From the NCBI GenBank assembly GCA_949297185.1, contig CASFRM010000004.1:8866-72865 (forward strand): a stretch of 64,000 nt of DNA, in the 5' to 3' direction. How positions within the stretch are numbered: the stretch's first letter is position 1; each line of letters starts with the position of its first letter. Made by a program: the position numbers and the translations under genes. Of this stretch, positions 12,870-21,806 are shown one piece after another. The DNA is from an uncultured Pseudomonadota bacterium (lineage in GTDB: Bacteria > Pseudomonadota > Alphaproteobacteria > RF32 > CAG-239). Under the pieces are notes generated by a model. It searched no databases and had not been told where the DNA came from. It saw only the letters and a program-made list of their open reading frames with translations.

Positions 12870-15800
12870 TTAAATTTCTTCGTTCAACAATTCGACATTC
12901 AAGCACAAAGACTTAATTTCCTTAGTCAATACATTAAATGACTCCGGAATGCCGGATTCGAATGAATCCTCGCCTCTGACGATGGCCTCATAAACCTTGG
13001 TACGACCGTTAACATCATCAGACTTAACGGTAAGCATTTCTTGCAAGGTATAAGCGGCACCGTAAGCTTGCAAAGCCCACACTTCCATTTCACCGAAACG
13101 TTGTCCGCCGAATTGAGCCTTACCACCCAAAGGTTGTTGAGTAACCAAGCTGTAAGGACCAACCGAACGAGCGTGCATTTTTTCATCGACGATATGGTGC
13201 AGTTTAATCATATAAATGATACCAACCGTAACTTTACGGTCAAATTTTTCACCTGTACGACCATCATAAAGATCGATTTGACCAGATGTCGGTAAACCGG
13301 CCATTGACAACATATTGTTGATGTCATCACCTGTAGCACCGTCAAATACCGGAGTAGCCATCGGGATACCGTTTTTCAAATTCGGGATCATCAAGTCCAA
13401 ATCTTCCGAAGTCATATGTTCGATTTCGCGTTTATATTGCTTTTCGCCATATACTTCTTTCAATTTAGCTCGCAAGTCTTTTTCCGATTTCTGACCGGCT
13501 TTGACTTGTTCCCACAATTCATTAACTTGACGACCGAGTTCTTTAGCGGCCCAACCCAAGTGAGTTTCCAAAATTTGTCCCACGTTCATACGAGAAGGCA
13601 CACCCAAGGGGTTCAACACGATATCAACCGGAGTACCGTCTTCCATATAAGGCATATCTTGCAACGGCAATACGCGCGAAATAGTACCTTTGTTACCGTG
13701 ACGACCGGCAATTTTATCGCCTGATTGAATTTTTCTCTTGGTAGCAATGAAAACTTTAACCATCTTCAAAACGCCCGGCAACAAATCATCACCTCGTTGA
13801 ACTTTCTCAACTTTGTCATCAAAGTGTTTCTGAACTTTTTCAACTCTGGCGTCAAAAGCGGCCAACAATTCTTCAACATTGGCCATAACGGCTTCGTCTT
13901 TTACCACGATTTTACGCCATTGTGAAGAAGGAATGTTATCCAAATCTTTTTCGCTGATGGTTGCATTTTTAGCAATGGTACCTTTCGGAGCATCAACTAC
14001 TGTCTGACCGTTAAGCATAGATTTCAAACGAGCTTCGACATTGCGGCGAATGATGGCAATTTCATCATCGCGGTCTTTAGCCAATTGTGAAATTTCTTGC
14101 TGTTCGATAGACAAAGCTCTTTCGTCTTTTTCAACGCCTCTACGAGAGAAGACATGAACATCAACGACAATACCTTCAATACCCGGTTGAACTCTCAAAG
14201 AAGTATCACGAACATCAGAAGCTTTTTCGCCAAAGATTGCTCGCAAGAGTTTTTCTTCCGGAGTAACCGGAGATTCACCCTTCGGAGTTACCTTACCAAC
14301 CAAGATATCACCGGCCTTAACTTCGGCACCGATATAAACAATACCGGCCTCGTCAAGGTTACGCAAAGCATCTTCACCGACATTGGGGATGTCGCGGGTA
14401 ATTTCTTCTTGTCCGAGTTTGGTATCGCGAGCCATAACCTCAAATTCTTCAATATGCAAAGAGGTAAAGACATCATCACGCGAAATTCTCTCTGACAACA
14501 AGATAGCATCTTCGTAGTTCAAACCGTTCCAAGGCATGAAAGCAACCAAAACGTTCTTACCCAAAGCCAACTCACCCATATCGGTGCATTGACCGTCGGC
14601 CATAATATCACCGGCCTTAACTTCATCACCGACCTTAACCAACGGAACTTGGTTAATGCAGGTATTTTGGTTAGAACGACGGAATTTCTGCAAACGATAG
14701 ATTTCAACACCGGCATTTGCTGCATGTTCATCTTTAGAACGAACCACGATACGGTTAGCATCAACGGCGTCGACAATACCGTCAGACTTACAAACCACTG
14801 TTGCACCTGAATCTTTAGCAACGGTAGCTTCAACACCGGTACCAACCAGTGGAGCTTCCGAACGCAACAAAGGCACGCCTTGGCGTTGCATGTTAGAACC
14901 CATCAACGCACGGTTAGCATCGTCGTTTTCCAAGAACGGAATCAAAGCGGTAGCAACCGAAACCAACTGTTTTGGCGAAACATCGATAAAGTTAATTTCT
15001 TCCGGTTTGGCATACTCAAATTCACCTGCTTTACGGCAGGCAACCAAAACATCGACAAAGTGTCCGTCATCTTTAACCTTAGCATTAGCTTCGGCGATAA
15101 TGAACTTACCTTCTTCGTTAGCCGAGAGATATACCACCTCAGAAGTAACAACCCCGTCAACCACCTTACGATACGGACATTCAATAAAGCCGTATTTATT
15201 AATTCTGGCATAAGTAGACAATGAGTTAATCAAACCGATGTTCGGACCTTCGGGAGTTTCAATCGGGCAGATACGACCATAGTGTGTCGGGTGCACGTCG
15301 CGCACCTCAAATCCTGCACGATCACGGCTCAAACCACCGGGACCCAAAGCAGACAAACGACGTTTGTGAGTAATCTCCGACAACGGGTTGTTCTGATCCA
15401 TAAATTGAGACAATTGTGAAGAACCGAAGAACTCTCTGATAACCGAAGCAATCGGTTTAGCGTTAACCAAATCTTGCGGTTTAACATTGTTCAAGTTCTC
15501 AGAAGACATTCTTTCGCGAATAGCTCTTTCCATACGCAAAAGACCCATACGATATTGATTTTCCATCAATTCGCCGACCGAGCGAACACGACGGTTACCC
15601 AAGTGGTCAATATCATCAACTTCGCCTTTACCGTCACGCAATTCGACCATGCGCTTAACAATACGCAAAATATCGTCTTTACGCAAAGTACCCAAAGTAT
15701 CGGGAGCATCTTCAAACGGAATATCCAAAGCAATGTTCATTTTAACACGGCCGACTGAAGACAAATCATAACGATCTTTATCAAAGAACAATCCTTTGAA

Positions 15801-17045
15801 CAAAGCATCGGCAGCTTCATATGTCGGAGGATCACCGGGACGCATAACGCGGTAAATATCCAACAAAGCCTCTTCGCGGCAAGAATTTTTATCTATAGCC
15901 AAAGTATTGCGGATATAAGGACCAACATTAATACCGTCAATAAACAAAGTTTTAATTACATTGATTTTGTTTGCGGCCAATTTTTCGAGCAATTCTTCGG
16001 TAATTTCATCACCTGCTTCGGCCAAAACTTCACCGGTTTTAGCAACAACTACATTGGTTGCCAAGAATTTGCCCAAAACTTTATCATGAGCCAATTTATA
16101 ATATTCCAAGCCATCATCGGCCAATTTTTGAGCCGAACGAGAAGTTAATTTTTTTCCGGCTTCCCAAACGGTTTTACCGGTCTCGGCATTAACCAAATCA
16201 AAATCAAACTTAACACCTTTCATTCTGGAAGGTTCAAACTTAACTTTCCAATCTTTCTTAACGGCTTCAAATGTGTCAACATCGTAGAAATAGTTAAGGA
16301 TTTCTTCTTTATCCATACCCTTAACATCAGCTCTGTCAATGTGTTTACCTTCTTTTTTGAGCTGAGCGATTTTCTCTTCGGTTTCTTTAGAATACAAAGA
16401 ATACAAAACCGAAGTTACCGGCAATTTTCTTCTGCGGTCGATACGGGCATAAACCAAGTCTTTGGCATCAAATTCAAAATCGAGCCAAGAACCGCGATAA
16501 GGAATAATACGGGCGGCAAACAAATATTTACCCGAAGCAACGGTCTTACCTTTATCATGGTCAAAGAACACACCCGGAGAACGGTGCATTTGTGAAACGA
16601 CAACGCGCTCGGTACCATTAAAGATAAAAGTACCTTTTTCGGTCATCAACGGGATATCACCCATATAAACATCTTGCTCTTTAATGTCGTGGATAGACTT
16701 AGCACCGGTAGCTTCGTCGGTATCCCAAACGACCAAACGCAAAGTAGCCTTAACCGGAGCGGCGAAAGTCATATCTCTTTTAATACATTCGTCGACATCA
16801 TATTTCGGAGTTTCGAGTTCATATTTAACGAATTCGAGTTCACCGTTACCGGAAAAGTCTCTGATTGGGAAAATAGATTTAAAAACTTCTTCCAAACCGA
16901 ACTCACATTTTTCGGCACCCTCGGCCTGAATAAAATTATTATAAGATCCGGTTTGCACTTCGATTAAACTCGGCATATCGGCAACAGCGTCGATTCGACC
17001 AAAGTTTCTTCTTACACGTCTTTTGCTCGTATAAGATTCTTTCAT
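12870..17045 (-). CDS. rpoB: DNA-directed RNA polymerase subunit beta
   Basis: 1391 aa. Conserved blocks include [30 protein letters not shown] and [17 protein letters not shown]. Lies directly upstream of rpoC. Confidence 0.98.
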   Translation of the reverse strand: MKESYTSKRRVRRNFGRIDAVADMPSLIEVQTGSYNNFIQAEGAEKCEFGLEEVFKSIFPIRDFSGNGELEFVKYELETPKYDVDECIKRDMTFAAPVKATLRLVVWDTDEATGAKSIHDIKEQDVYMGDIPLMTEKGTFIFNGTERVVVSQMHRSPGVFFDHDKGKTVASGKYLFAARIIPYRGSWLDFEFDAKDLVYARIDRRRKLPVTSVLYSLYSKETEEKIAQLKKEGKHIDRADVKGMDKEEILNYFYDVDTFEAVKKDWKVKFEPSRMKGVKFDFDLVNAETGKTVWEAGKKLTSRSAQKLADDGLEYYKLAHDKVLGKFLATNVVVAKTGEVLAEAGDEITEELLEKLAANKINVIKTLFIDGINVGPYIRNTLAIDKNSCREEALLDIYRVMRPGDPPTYEAADALFKGLFFDKDRYDLSSVGRVKMNIALDIPFEDAPDTLGTLRKDDILRIVKRMVELRDGKGEVDDIDHLGNRRVRSVGELMENQYRMGLLRMERAIRERMSSENLNNVKPQDLVNAKPIASVIREFFGSSQLSQFMDQNNPLSEITHKRRLSALGPGGLSRDRAGFEVRDVHPTHYGRICPIETPEGPNIGLINSLSTYARINKYGFIECPYRKVVDGVVTSEVVYLSANEEGKFIIAEANAKVKDDGHFVDVLVACRKAGEFEYAKPEEINFIDVSPKQLVSVATALIPFLENDDANRALMGSNMQRQGVPLLRSEAPLVGTGVEATVAKDSGATVVCKSDGIVDAVDANRIVVRSKDEHAANAGVEIYRLQKFRRSNQNTCINQVPLVKVGDEVKAGDIMADGQCTDMGELALGKNVLVAFMPWNGLNYEDAILLSERISRDDVFTSLHIEEFEVMARDTKLGQEEITRDIPNVGEDALRNLDEAGIVYIGAEVKAGDILVGKVTPKGESPVTPEEKLLRAIFGEKASDVRDTSLRVQPGIEGIVVDVHVFSRRGVEKDERALSIEQQEISQLAKDRDDEIAIIRRNVEARLKSMLNGQTVVDAPKGTIAKNATISEKDLDNIPSSQWRKIVVKDEAVMANVEELLAAFDARVEKVQKHFDDKVEKVQRGDDLLPGVLKMVKVFIATKRKIQSGDKIAGRHGNKGTISRVLPLQDMPYMEDGTPVDIVLNPLGVPSRMNVGQILETHLGWAAKELGRQVNELWEQVKAGQKSEKDLRAKLKEVYGEKQYKREIEHMTSEDLDLMIPNLKNGIPMATPVFDGATGDDINNMLSMAGLPTSGQIDLYDGRTGEKFDRKVTVGIIYMIKLHHIVDEKMHARSVGPYSLVTQQPLGGKAQFGGQRFGEMEVWALQAYGAAYTLQEMLTVKSDDVNGRTKVYEAIVRGEDSFESGIPESFNVLTKEIKSLCLNVELLNEEI

Positions 17046-17256
17046 GTTATCTCAATCCTTCTACACAAATAAAATCTTGCGACAATACTGTTGACACAAA
17101 GAGTGCCCCGCCCCGTTCGCAAGAGGTTAAAACATCAATAAAAAATTAAAGTAAAAAAGCGATTCTTTTATAAGGCCAATCACCCCGAAAGCGTTGTGCT
17201 TCCTCGAAAGGCCGCAGACAAATAATAATGCATTATTACAGTTTAAACACGCGAAG

Positions 17257-17284
17257 TATTTACCACAAAAAAAATATATTTCAA
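17257..17284 (-). promoter_or_regulatory. Candidate promoter in the rpoB leader region
   Basis: Minus strand reads TTGAAA (17279-17284), a 16-nt spacer ending in TGG, then TAAATA (17257-17262). This would leave a ~200-nt leader containing GC-rich hairpins. Confidence 0.3.
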
Positions 17285-17304
17285 GCACTTTTCCGATTCT
17301 CTGT

Positions 17305-17355
17305 CGCAAAAAAATTTAACAATACCGTAACCATATAGACATGGCTACGGTATTG
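17305..17355 (-). terminator. Orphan intrinsic terminator or attenuator upstream of rpoB
   Basis: 15-bp stem (17320-17334 with 17341-17355, loop 17335-17340). The single non-Watson-Crick position is G-U on the minus-strand RNA but A-C on the plus strand. On the minus strand it is followed by TTAAATTTTTTT. No minus-strand CDS ends here. Confidence 0.6.
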
Positions 17356-17433
17356 TCTTTTAACGCCATTTATGATACAATATACAATAATTATTTAACA
17401 CAGTTATGACTTTCTTAACTAGTTATATATACA
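17308..17433 (-). ncRNA. Candidate ~125-nt small RNA or attenuated rpoB leader transcript
   Basis: Perfect extended -10 on the minus strand (TGATATAAT, plus-strand coordinates 17440-17448), about 85 nt upstream of the orphan terminator hairpin, which starts at 17355. No ORF lies between them. Support is sequence signals only. Confidence 0.25.
17403..17420 (+). promoter_or_regulatory. S-gene upstream motif, S1 copy (degenerate)
   Basis: GTTATGACTTTCTTAACT matches GTTATCTTTTTTTTAACT (the S3 copy) at 14 of 18 positions. It ends 66 nt upstream of the ATG at 17487. Confidence 0.35.
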
Positions 17434-17486
17434 AATACGATTATATCATTTAGAAATGTTAATCATCCAAAAAGGGATTTCATATC

Positions 17487-18230
17487 ATGATTGGACAATT
17501 TGTTAAAATAATTTACACAAAAGGTTTTATGCCTAAAGCTGTAGCGACTTTGTGCACCGCAGGTTTTCTTATGTATTCAATTCCCACATTTGCCGCTACG
17601 ACACCAGCATCGACCGAACCTGGTTGTGGCAAACTAGGATACAGTAACACTCTTGAGCCAGAGGATTGTCACAACAAATACTTCACTTGTCCGCTAAATT
17701 CCTCATATATAAAATGCGATGAAATGGCCGAAATTGGAGATATAAAATACTCAGAAAAGAGTTATGACCACGATGGATGGTACCTATGCAATGGACGACA
17801 AACCCGAAATGAAACGAGTTTACTTGTACCGATAGGGAGCAAGCTAAGTGCCATTCTTATTGAAAGAGGCTTCTCTGTTCCTCTCGTAATAAAACTCCCT
17901 GGCAGTTCTACCGGACAACAAACCGAGCAGGTTGCTGTACTCCCCAACTATCTTGGCACATTTCTCAGCGGATTCGGGACCTCCTCTTATAACAGTAAAG
18001 ACAGTAACACTAAAACTTCGCCTCTCCAAACAGGTAGAGTAGGAAGCCATACTCACTCCTTTCCCATCTACCAGTTTCAAGGATATGGCAAACACGAAGG
18101 AAACTGGGGAGGTTCAACTAATGTAACTCGTCTGGTTACTGGCCAACCAACAATCAGCAACAATAGCGGTACTGATACATGCCCGTTCCGTATAGGATTG
18201 TACCCATTTATTTATGCCGGAACCCAATAG
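17487..18230 (+). CDS. S1: secreted Cys-module plus phage-tail-collar-like domain protein, small form
   Basis: Signal peptide ...FLMYSIPTFAA. Cys module CGKLGY..C..YFTCPLNSSYIKCD, then GDIKYS..GWYLCNG..LPNYLGTFLSGFG..GSHTHSF..CPFRIGLYPFIYAG. This is the most divergent of the four S copies. An alternative start is M15 (17529). Confidence 0.8.
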   Translation: MIGQFVKIIYTKGFMPKAVATLCTAGFLMYSIPTFAATTPASTEPGCGKLGYSNTLEPEDCHNKYFTCPLNSSYIKCDEMAEIGDIKYSEKSYDHDGWYLCNGRQTRNETSLLVPIGSKLSAILIERGFSVPLVIKLPGSSTGQQTEQVAVLPNYLGTFLSGFGTSSYNSKDSNTKTSPLQTGRVGSHTHSFPIYQFQGYGKHEGNWGGSTNVTRLVTGQPTISNNSGTDTCPFRIGLYPFIYAGTQ

Positions 18231-18245
18231 ACAGGGAGAGCTACC

Positions 18246-19478
18246 ATGACACAATACAATATAGCACTTTTCAGTCTCATCTTTACTCTAACAATTCCTC
18301 TGCAATCGCAAGCATTGAGCTGTAAACAAACTCCGCCGCAATGTTCTAGTTACAACTACAAATACACATCCTGTCCCGGAGAATACGTCGCTTGCCCGTT
18401 CGACACCTCTCTCAAACAATGCGACAACGAAGCTTTGAGTAAAGACTTTAAATTTGCGATAAACAGCGGCGGAAATGGCTGGAACCAAGCCAACTCTTCC
18501 ACTCACTATCCCAATTACAGCGGAGCATTTATTGTTGGTGTGGCCTCATCCTCAAATTATTGTGGCACATCAGTAAATTCCTACGCCAATCCAACTGTCG
18601 GCAAACACTCCCATAAAAGCGAATCTAGCACCTATTATTGGCTAACTCTTGCTAATTTAAGCCGAGAAAAAGCTAGTGGCAGCGCATTTAAATCATTTTG
18701 TTCAGACACCTCCAATTTCAAACATACTGAAAACACAATCTCCACTACCGCCACTGGTACAAAAGCCACGACTTCAGAAACCAGACCCGGTAACTTTGCT
18801 GTCGATGGATATTTCTATTCGTATCCCTTCAACGAAAAAACAACTCAGGCAACAATTCCCTCCAGCAAACCGTCATGCACAACTCTAGGGTACAAGAACA
18901 AAGCCTCAGACTGCCCCGGTAGTTATATCACCTGTCCTTTTGACGATGCTGCGGTAATGTGCGATATGCAAGCCAAAGCCGGAGAAATAAAATTTTCATT
19001 AAAATTCGAAGGCACTTCCGGTGATCATAATGGATGGCTACTATGTGACGGAAGGAGGCTTGCCTCAATAGATGGCGGAAAATATGCGAATTCCGAATTA
19101 AAAACCATACTTAGCAACAATGGATTCGGAGCCAATCTTCCAAACTATCAAGGCGAGTTCCTTCGCATGAAGGGAACCAGCCCTTACAATACATCTTACA
19201 AATCAGCAACCAGCTATGCAACAAGACAATATGATGGAATTTCAGGACATACACACACCGTTAATTTTAACGTAAGTAAATTTGACGGAGATAGAACTTG
19301 CGGACAAAACGATGGTAATGACATGACAAAACCATATAGCGTCCCTACAGCCATCTCACCAGATAGAACAAGTGCAATAGGAGGCAGAACCGAACCTGAT
19401 GAAATCACGACCACTACTCGTCCACCCAATTTTGCGGCCTTTATATACATATACTCAGGGAAATTAGTCCAAAACTAA
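18246..19478 (+). CDS. L1: secreted two-unit Cys-module plus tail-collar-like protein, large form
   Basis: Signal peptide ..IPLQSQA|LSC. Unit 1: C..C..YKYTSCPGEYVACPFDTSLKQCD, DFKFA, KHSHK, ETRPGNFAVDGYFYSY. Unit 2: CTTLGY..DCPGSYITCPFDDAAVMCDMQAKAGEIKFS..GWLLCDG..LPNYQGEFLRMKG..GHTHT..RPPNFAAFIYIYSGKL. Lies 15 nt after S1 with a GGGAGAG RBS. Confidence 0.85.
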   Translation: MTQYNIALFSLIFTLTIPLQSQALSCKQTPPQCSSYNYKYTSCPGEYVACPFDTSLKQCDNEALSKDFKFAINSGGNGWNQANSSTHYPNYSGAFIVGVASSSNYCGTSVNSYANPTVGKHSHKSESSTYYWLTLANLSREKASGSAFKSFCSDTSNFKHTENTISTTATGTKATTSETRPGNFAVDGYFYSYPFNEKTTQATIPSSKPSCTTLGYKNKASDCPGSYITCPFDDAAVMCDMQAKAGEIKFSLKFEGTSGDHNGWLLCDGRRLASIDGGKYANSELKTILSNNGFGANLPNYQGEFLRMKGTSPYNTSYKSATSYATRQYDGISGHTHTVNFNVSKFDGDRTCGQNDGNDMTKPYSVPTAISPDRTSAIGGRTEPDEITTTTRPPNFAAFIYIYSGKLVQN

Positions 19479-19509
19479 TAAAAATATACAAAACAAAAAT
19501 ACAAGTTTT

Positions 19510-19529
19510 TTATTATTTTTTAATATATT
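19510..19529 (+). promoter_or_regulatory. S-gene upstream motif, S2 copy
   Basis: TTATTATTTTTTAATATATT compares with the S4 copy TTATCTTTTTTTTAATATATT on its coding strand. It ends 48 nt upstream of the S2 ATG. Confidence 0.35.
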
Positions 19530-19577
19530 CAGTATATAAAACAGATATTAAAACTAATTTTAAGCGGAGGCTCCTCC

Positions 19578-20267
19578 ATGATTGCATTCATAAAAAACAC
19601 AATTAACATCAAGAACACATTGTTTGTAATAAGTGCAATGTGCTCCATAATATTGTCTCTAAAAGAAACAAGTGCTGCCCAAGTACCGGCCTCCACTCCA
19701 CCTTCATGCGCTGATTTAAAATACACCACGAAAAAAACTGACTCATGGAAGTGTTATGATAAATATTTTAGTTGTCCGTTAGATCCGAATTACATCAAAT
19801 GCGACCGCATGGCCAAAGTCGGCGATATTAAATACACCAAATCAGCCACCGCCAACAAAGGCTGGCTACTGTGTGATGGCTCAACATACGATGCTACAAA
19901 ATACAGTGAATTAAAAAATTTAATCGGGCAAAAATTTGGAAACAGCGGATACAAACTCCCCAACTACATCGGCGTGTTTTTAAGAGGGGCTGGAAGCCAA
20001 CGAGTTGGTGGTACAACATACACAGCAAATTCAACATTCTATACTATCCAAGAAAGTGATGTAAAAGCACACAATCATTCCTACATAAGTCACTATTTCA
20101 ATGTTACCCGCGTAAAAGAAGGTGATGGTACATGGAACGGATCTTCAGATATTATAAAACCCTCTACAGGCAGAGCCAGAATGGATGCCAGTGGCAGTAA
20201 CGAGACCTGCCCTATGAGAGTGGGATTATATCCATACATCTATGCCGGTGAACCAGCTAAAAAATAA
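19578..20267 (+). CDS. S2: secreted Cys-module plus tail-collar-like protein, small form
   Basis: Signal peptide ..LKETSAA|Q. CADLKY..WKCYDKYFSCPLDPNYIKCD, then GDIKYT..GWLLCDGSTYDATKYSELKNLIGQKFG..YKLPNYIGVFLRGAG. HNH at 20070-20078. C-terminus CPMRVGLYPYIYAG. Confidence 0.85.
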   Translation: MIAFIKNTINIKNTLFVISAMCSIILSLKETSAAQVPASTPPSCADLKYTTKKTDSWKCYDKYFSCPLDPNYIKCDRMAKVGDIKYTKSATANKGWLLCDGSTYDATKYSELKNLIGQKFGNSGYKLPNYIGVFLRGAGSQRVGGTTYTANSTFYTIQESDVKAHNHSYISHYFNVTRVKEGDGTWNGSSDIIKPSTGRARMDASGSNETCPMRVGLYPYIYAGEPAKK

Positions 20268-20281
20268 AGAAGGAGATAGAA

Positions 20282-21499
20282 ATGAAAAAGATATATTTAA
20301 CATTTTTAGGTTTAGCTATACTTCTTCCTTGCCAAACCAAAGCAATAGATTGCGCCCCAAAGCCCAATACTACATGCACCTCCTATGGCTATATCCACAA
20401 CGGATGTCCCGGCAATTTTGTTTCTTGTCCCTTTGACACCAACTTTAAAACTTGTGATGAAGAAGCATATAAAGATGATTTCAAATTTGCCATAGGTAAT
20501 GTCAACAGTTTCTGGACAAAAGCTAATAACGCCTCAAACAGTGCCAATAACGACTACAGTGCACTGTTCATTGTTGGAGCACAAAAAAATAATTATTCAC
20601 TTACCAAATGTGCAACATATGTTAACACCATAAACACAACTAGCACATACAAAAGCCACACACATAACGGTGTAACTGTTGCAAAAGGATCCGCATATCT
20701 AGGAAAAAGAAGAAACGCCGGCGGCGGTGGATACAAAGCCTATTGCCAAAAAGAATATGATGGCAGTGTTTATGATAAACCATTATACACATCGACAACA
20801 GGAATTGGTGGTAATGACAGTGAGACTGCTCCTGTAAATTATGCGGTTGATGGTTATTTTTATACATACACACCTTTTGTGTGGAACGAAAAACAGGCAG
20901 CATTATCGCAGACCTTGCAAAAATGCTCATTTTTTGGCTACAATGACACCATATCCGATTGCCCCGGTGATTACGTTGTATGTCCATTTGATAAAACTGC
21001 AGTAATGTGTGATATGGAAGCTCAAGCCGGAGAAATAAAGTTTTCCTTACAGACCGATGATCATGACGGTTGGTTGCTCTGCAATGGTAGATCACTGGGC
21101 AACGCTTCATTAGCCAAATACAACAACTCAGAATTAGCAGATATTTTGCGCAGTGCAGGTTTTACTGGCACATTTAACTATGCTGTGCTTCCAAACTACC
21201 AAGGAATGTTTTTAAGACTAAAAGGCAAGTCAAGAAGCCTAGGTATTTACTCATCCTCGAACTACAAAACTGCACAACCGGATCGCCTTAAAACCCATAG
21301 CCACACATATTATGATGGAAACATTATAAAAAAACAGTGCGACCAAAATAAAGGAAAAGGAGGCGATTTTGAATATGTAAATTCACCAAATATGGCTGAA
21401 GGTGGTACAATATATTTTGAAACAACTGGCTCTGAATCGCGTCCGCCAAACTATTCAGCCAACATATTTATCTATACTGGCAAATTAAATGTAGATTAA
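20282..21499 (+). CDS. L2: secreted two-unit Cys-module plus tail-collar-like protein, large form
   Basis: Signal peptide ..LLPCQTKA|IDC. Unit 1: CPGNFVSCPFDTNFKTCD, DFKFA, SHTHN, ETAPVNYAVDGYFYTY. Unit 2: CSFFGY..DCPGDYVVCPFDKTAVMCDMEAQAGEIKFS..GWLLCNG..LPNYQGMFLRLKG..THSHT..RPPNYSANIFIYTGKL. Lies 14 nt after S2 with an AAGGAG RBS. Confidence 0.85.
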   Translation: MKKIYLTFLGLAILLPCQTKAIDCAPKPNTTCTSYGYIHNGCPGNFVSCPFDTNFKTCDEEAYKDDFKFAIGNVNSFWTKANNASNSANNDYSALFIVGAQKNNYSLTKCATYVNTINTTSTYKSHTHNGVTVAKGSAYLGKRRNAGGGGYKAYCQKEYDGSVYDKPLYTSTTGIGGNDSETAPVNYAVDGYFYTYTPFVWNEKQAALSQTLQKCSFFGYNDTISDCPGDYVVCPFDKTAVMCDMEAQAGEIKFSLQTDDHDGWLLCNGRSLGNASLAKYNNSELADILRSAGFTGTFNYAVLPNYQGMFLRLKGKSRSLGIYSSSNYKTAQPDRLKTHSHTYYDGNIIKKQCDQNKGKGGDFEYVNSPNMAEGGTIYFETTGSESRPPNYSANIFIYTGKLNVD

Positions 21500-21506
21500 T
21501 ATAAAA

Positions 21507-21541
21507 ATCCTCCTGAGAAACATCTCTCGGGGGGATTTTTT
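21507..21541 (+). terminator. Rho-independent terminator of the S2-L2 (or S1..L2) transcript
   Basis: 12-bp stem ATCCTCCTGAGA-aacatc-TCTCGGGGGGAT (two G-U pairs) followed by TTTTT. Confidence 0.75.
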
Positions 21542-21749
21542 ATCTATAAGCACCAATAACCGCTACACCATATTTAACTACTTTTCTAAGCTAAACTAAT
21601 TCAAATGGCACTACCTTTCTCAAACTTATAATCTCACCGCCAGACAATTATTTTTTTAATCATACTCCACAAATTTAATCCTATTTGATTGGCACCAGAA
21701 AACACCAAGACCGATAACCCAACTATGAATTGCTCACGACATCAACACA

Positions 21750-21784
21750 CAATAAACCCCCTCATCATTCTTGTGATGAGGGGG
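21750..21784 (-). terminator. rplQ terminator
   Basis: Perfect 11-bp stem CCCCCTCATCA-ttcttg-TGATGAGGGGG (21757-21784). The minus strand continues with TTTATT. Confidence 0.7.
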
Positions 21785-21806
21785 TAAACTATAAAGAACC
21801 TAAAAA

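Noticed and set aside
17127-17309. 60-aa minus-strand ORF in the rpoB upstream region
   Set aside because: It has no RBS and spans promoter-like and hairpin elements. The region is better explained as an untranslated rpoB leader.
20640-21110. 156-aa His/Cys-rich antisense ORF inside L2
   Set aside because: It is a shadow of the L2 coding frame. L2 is supported by three paralogues with conserved motifs in the + frame.
17487-21499. Interpreting the tail-collar genes as a prophage or tailocin remnant
   Set aside because: Neither locus has a baseplate, sheath, tube, tape-measure, portal, terminase, lysis or integrase gene or att-like repeats. All eight proteins carry Sec signal peptides, which phage tail fibres do not, and the flanks are core genes with their own terminators.
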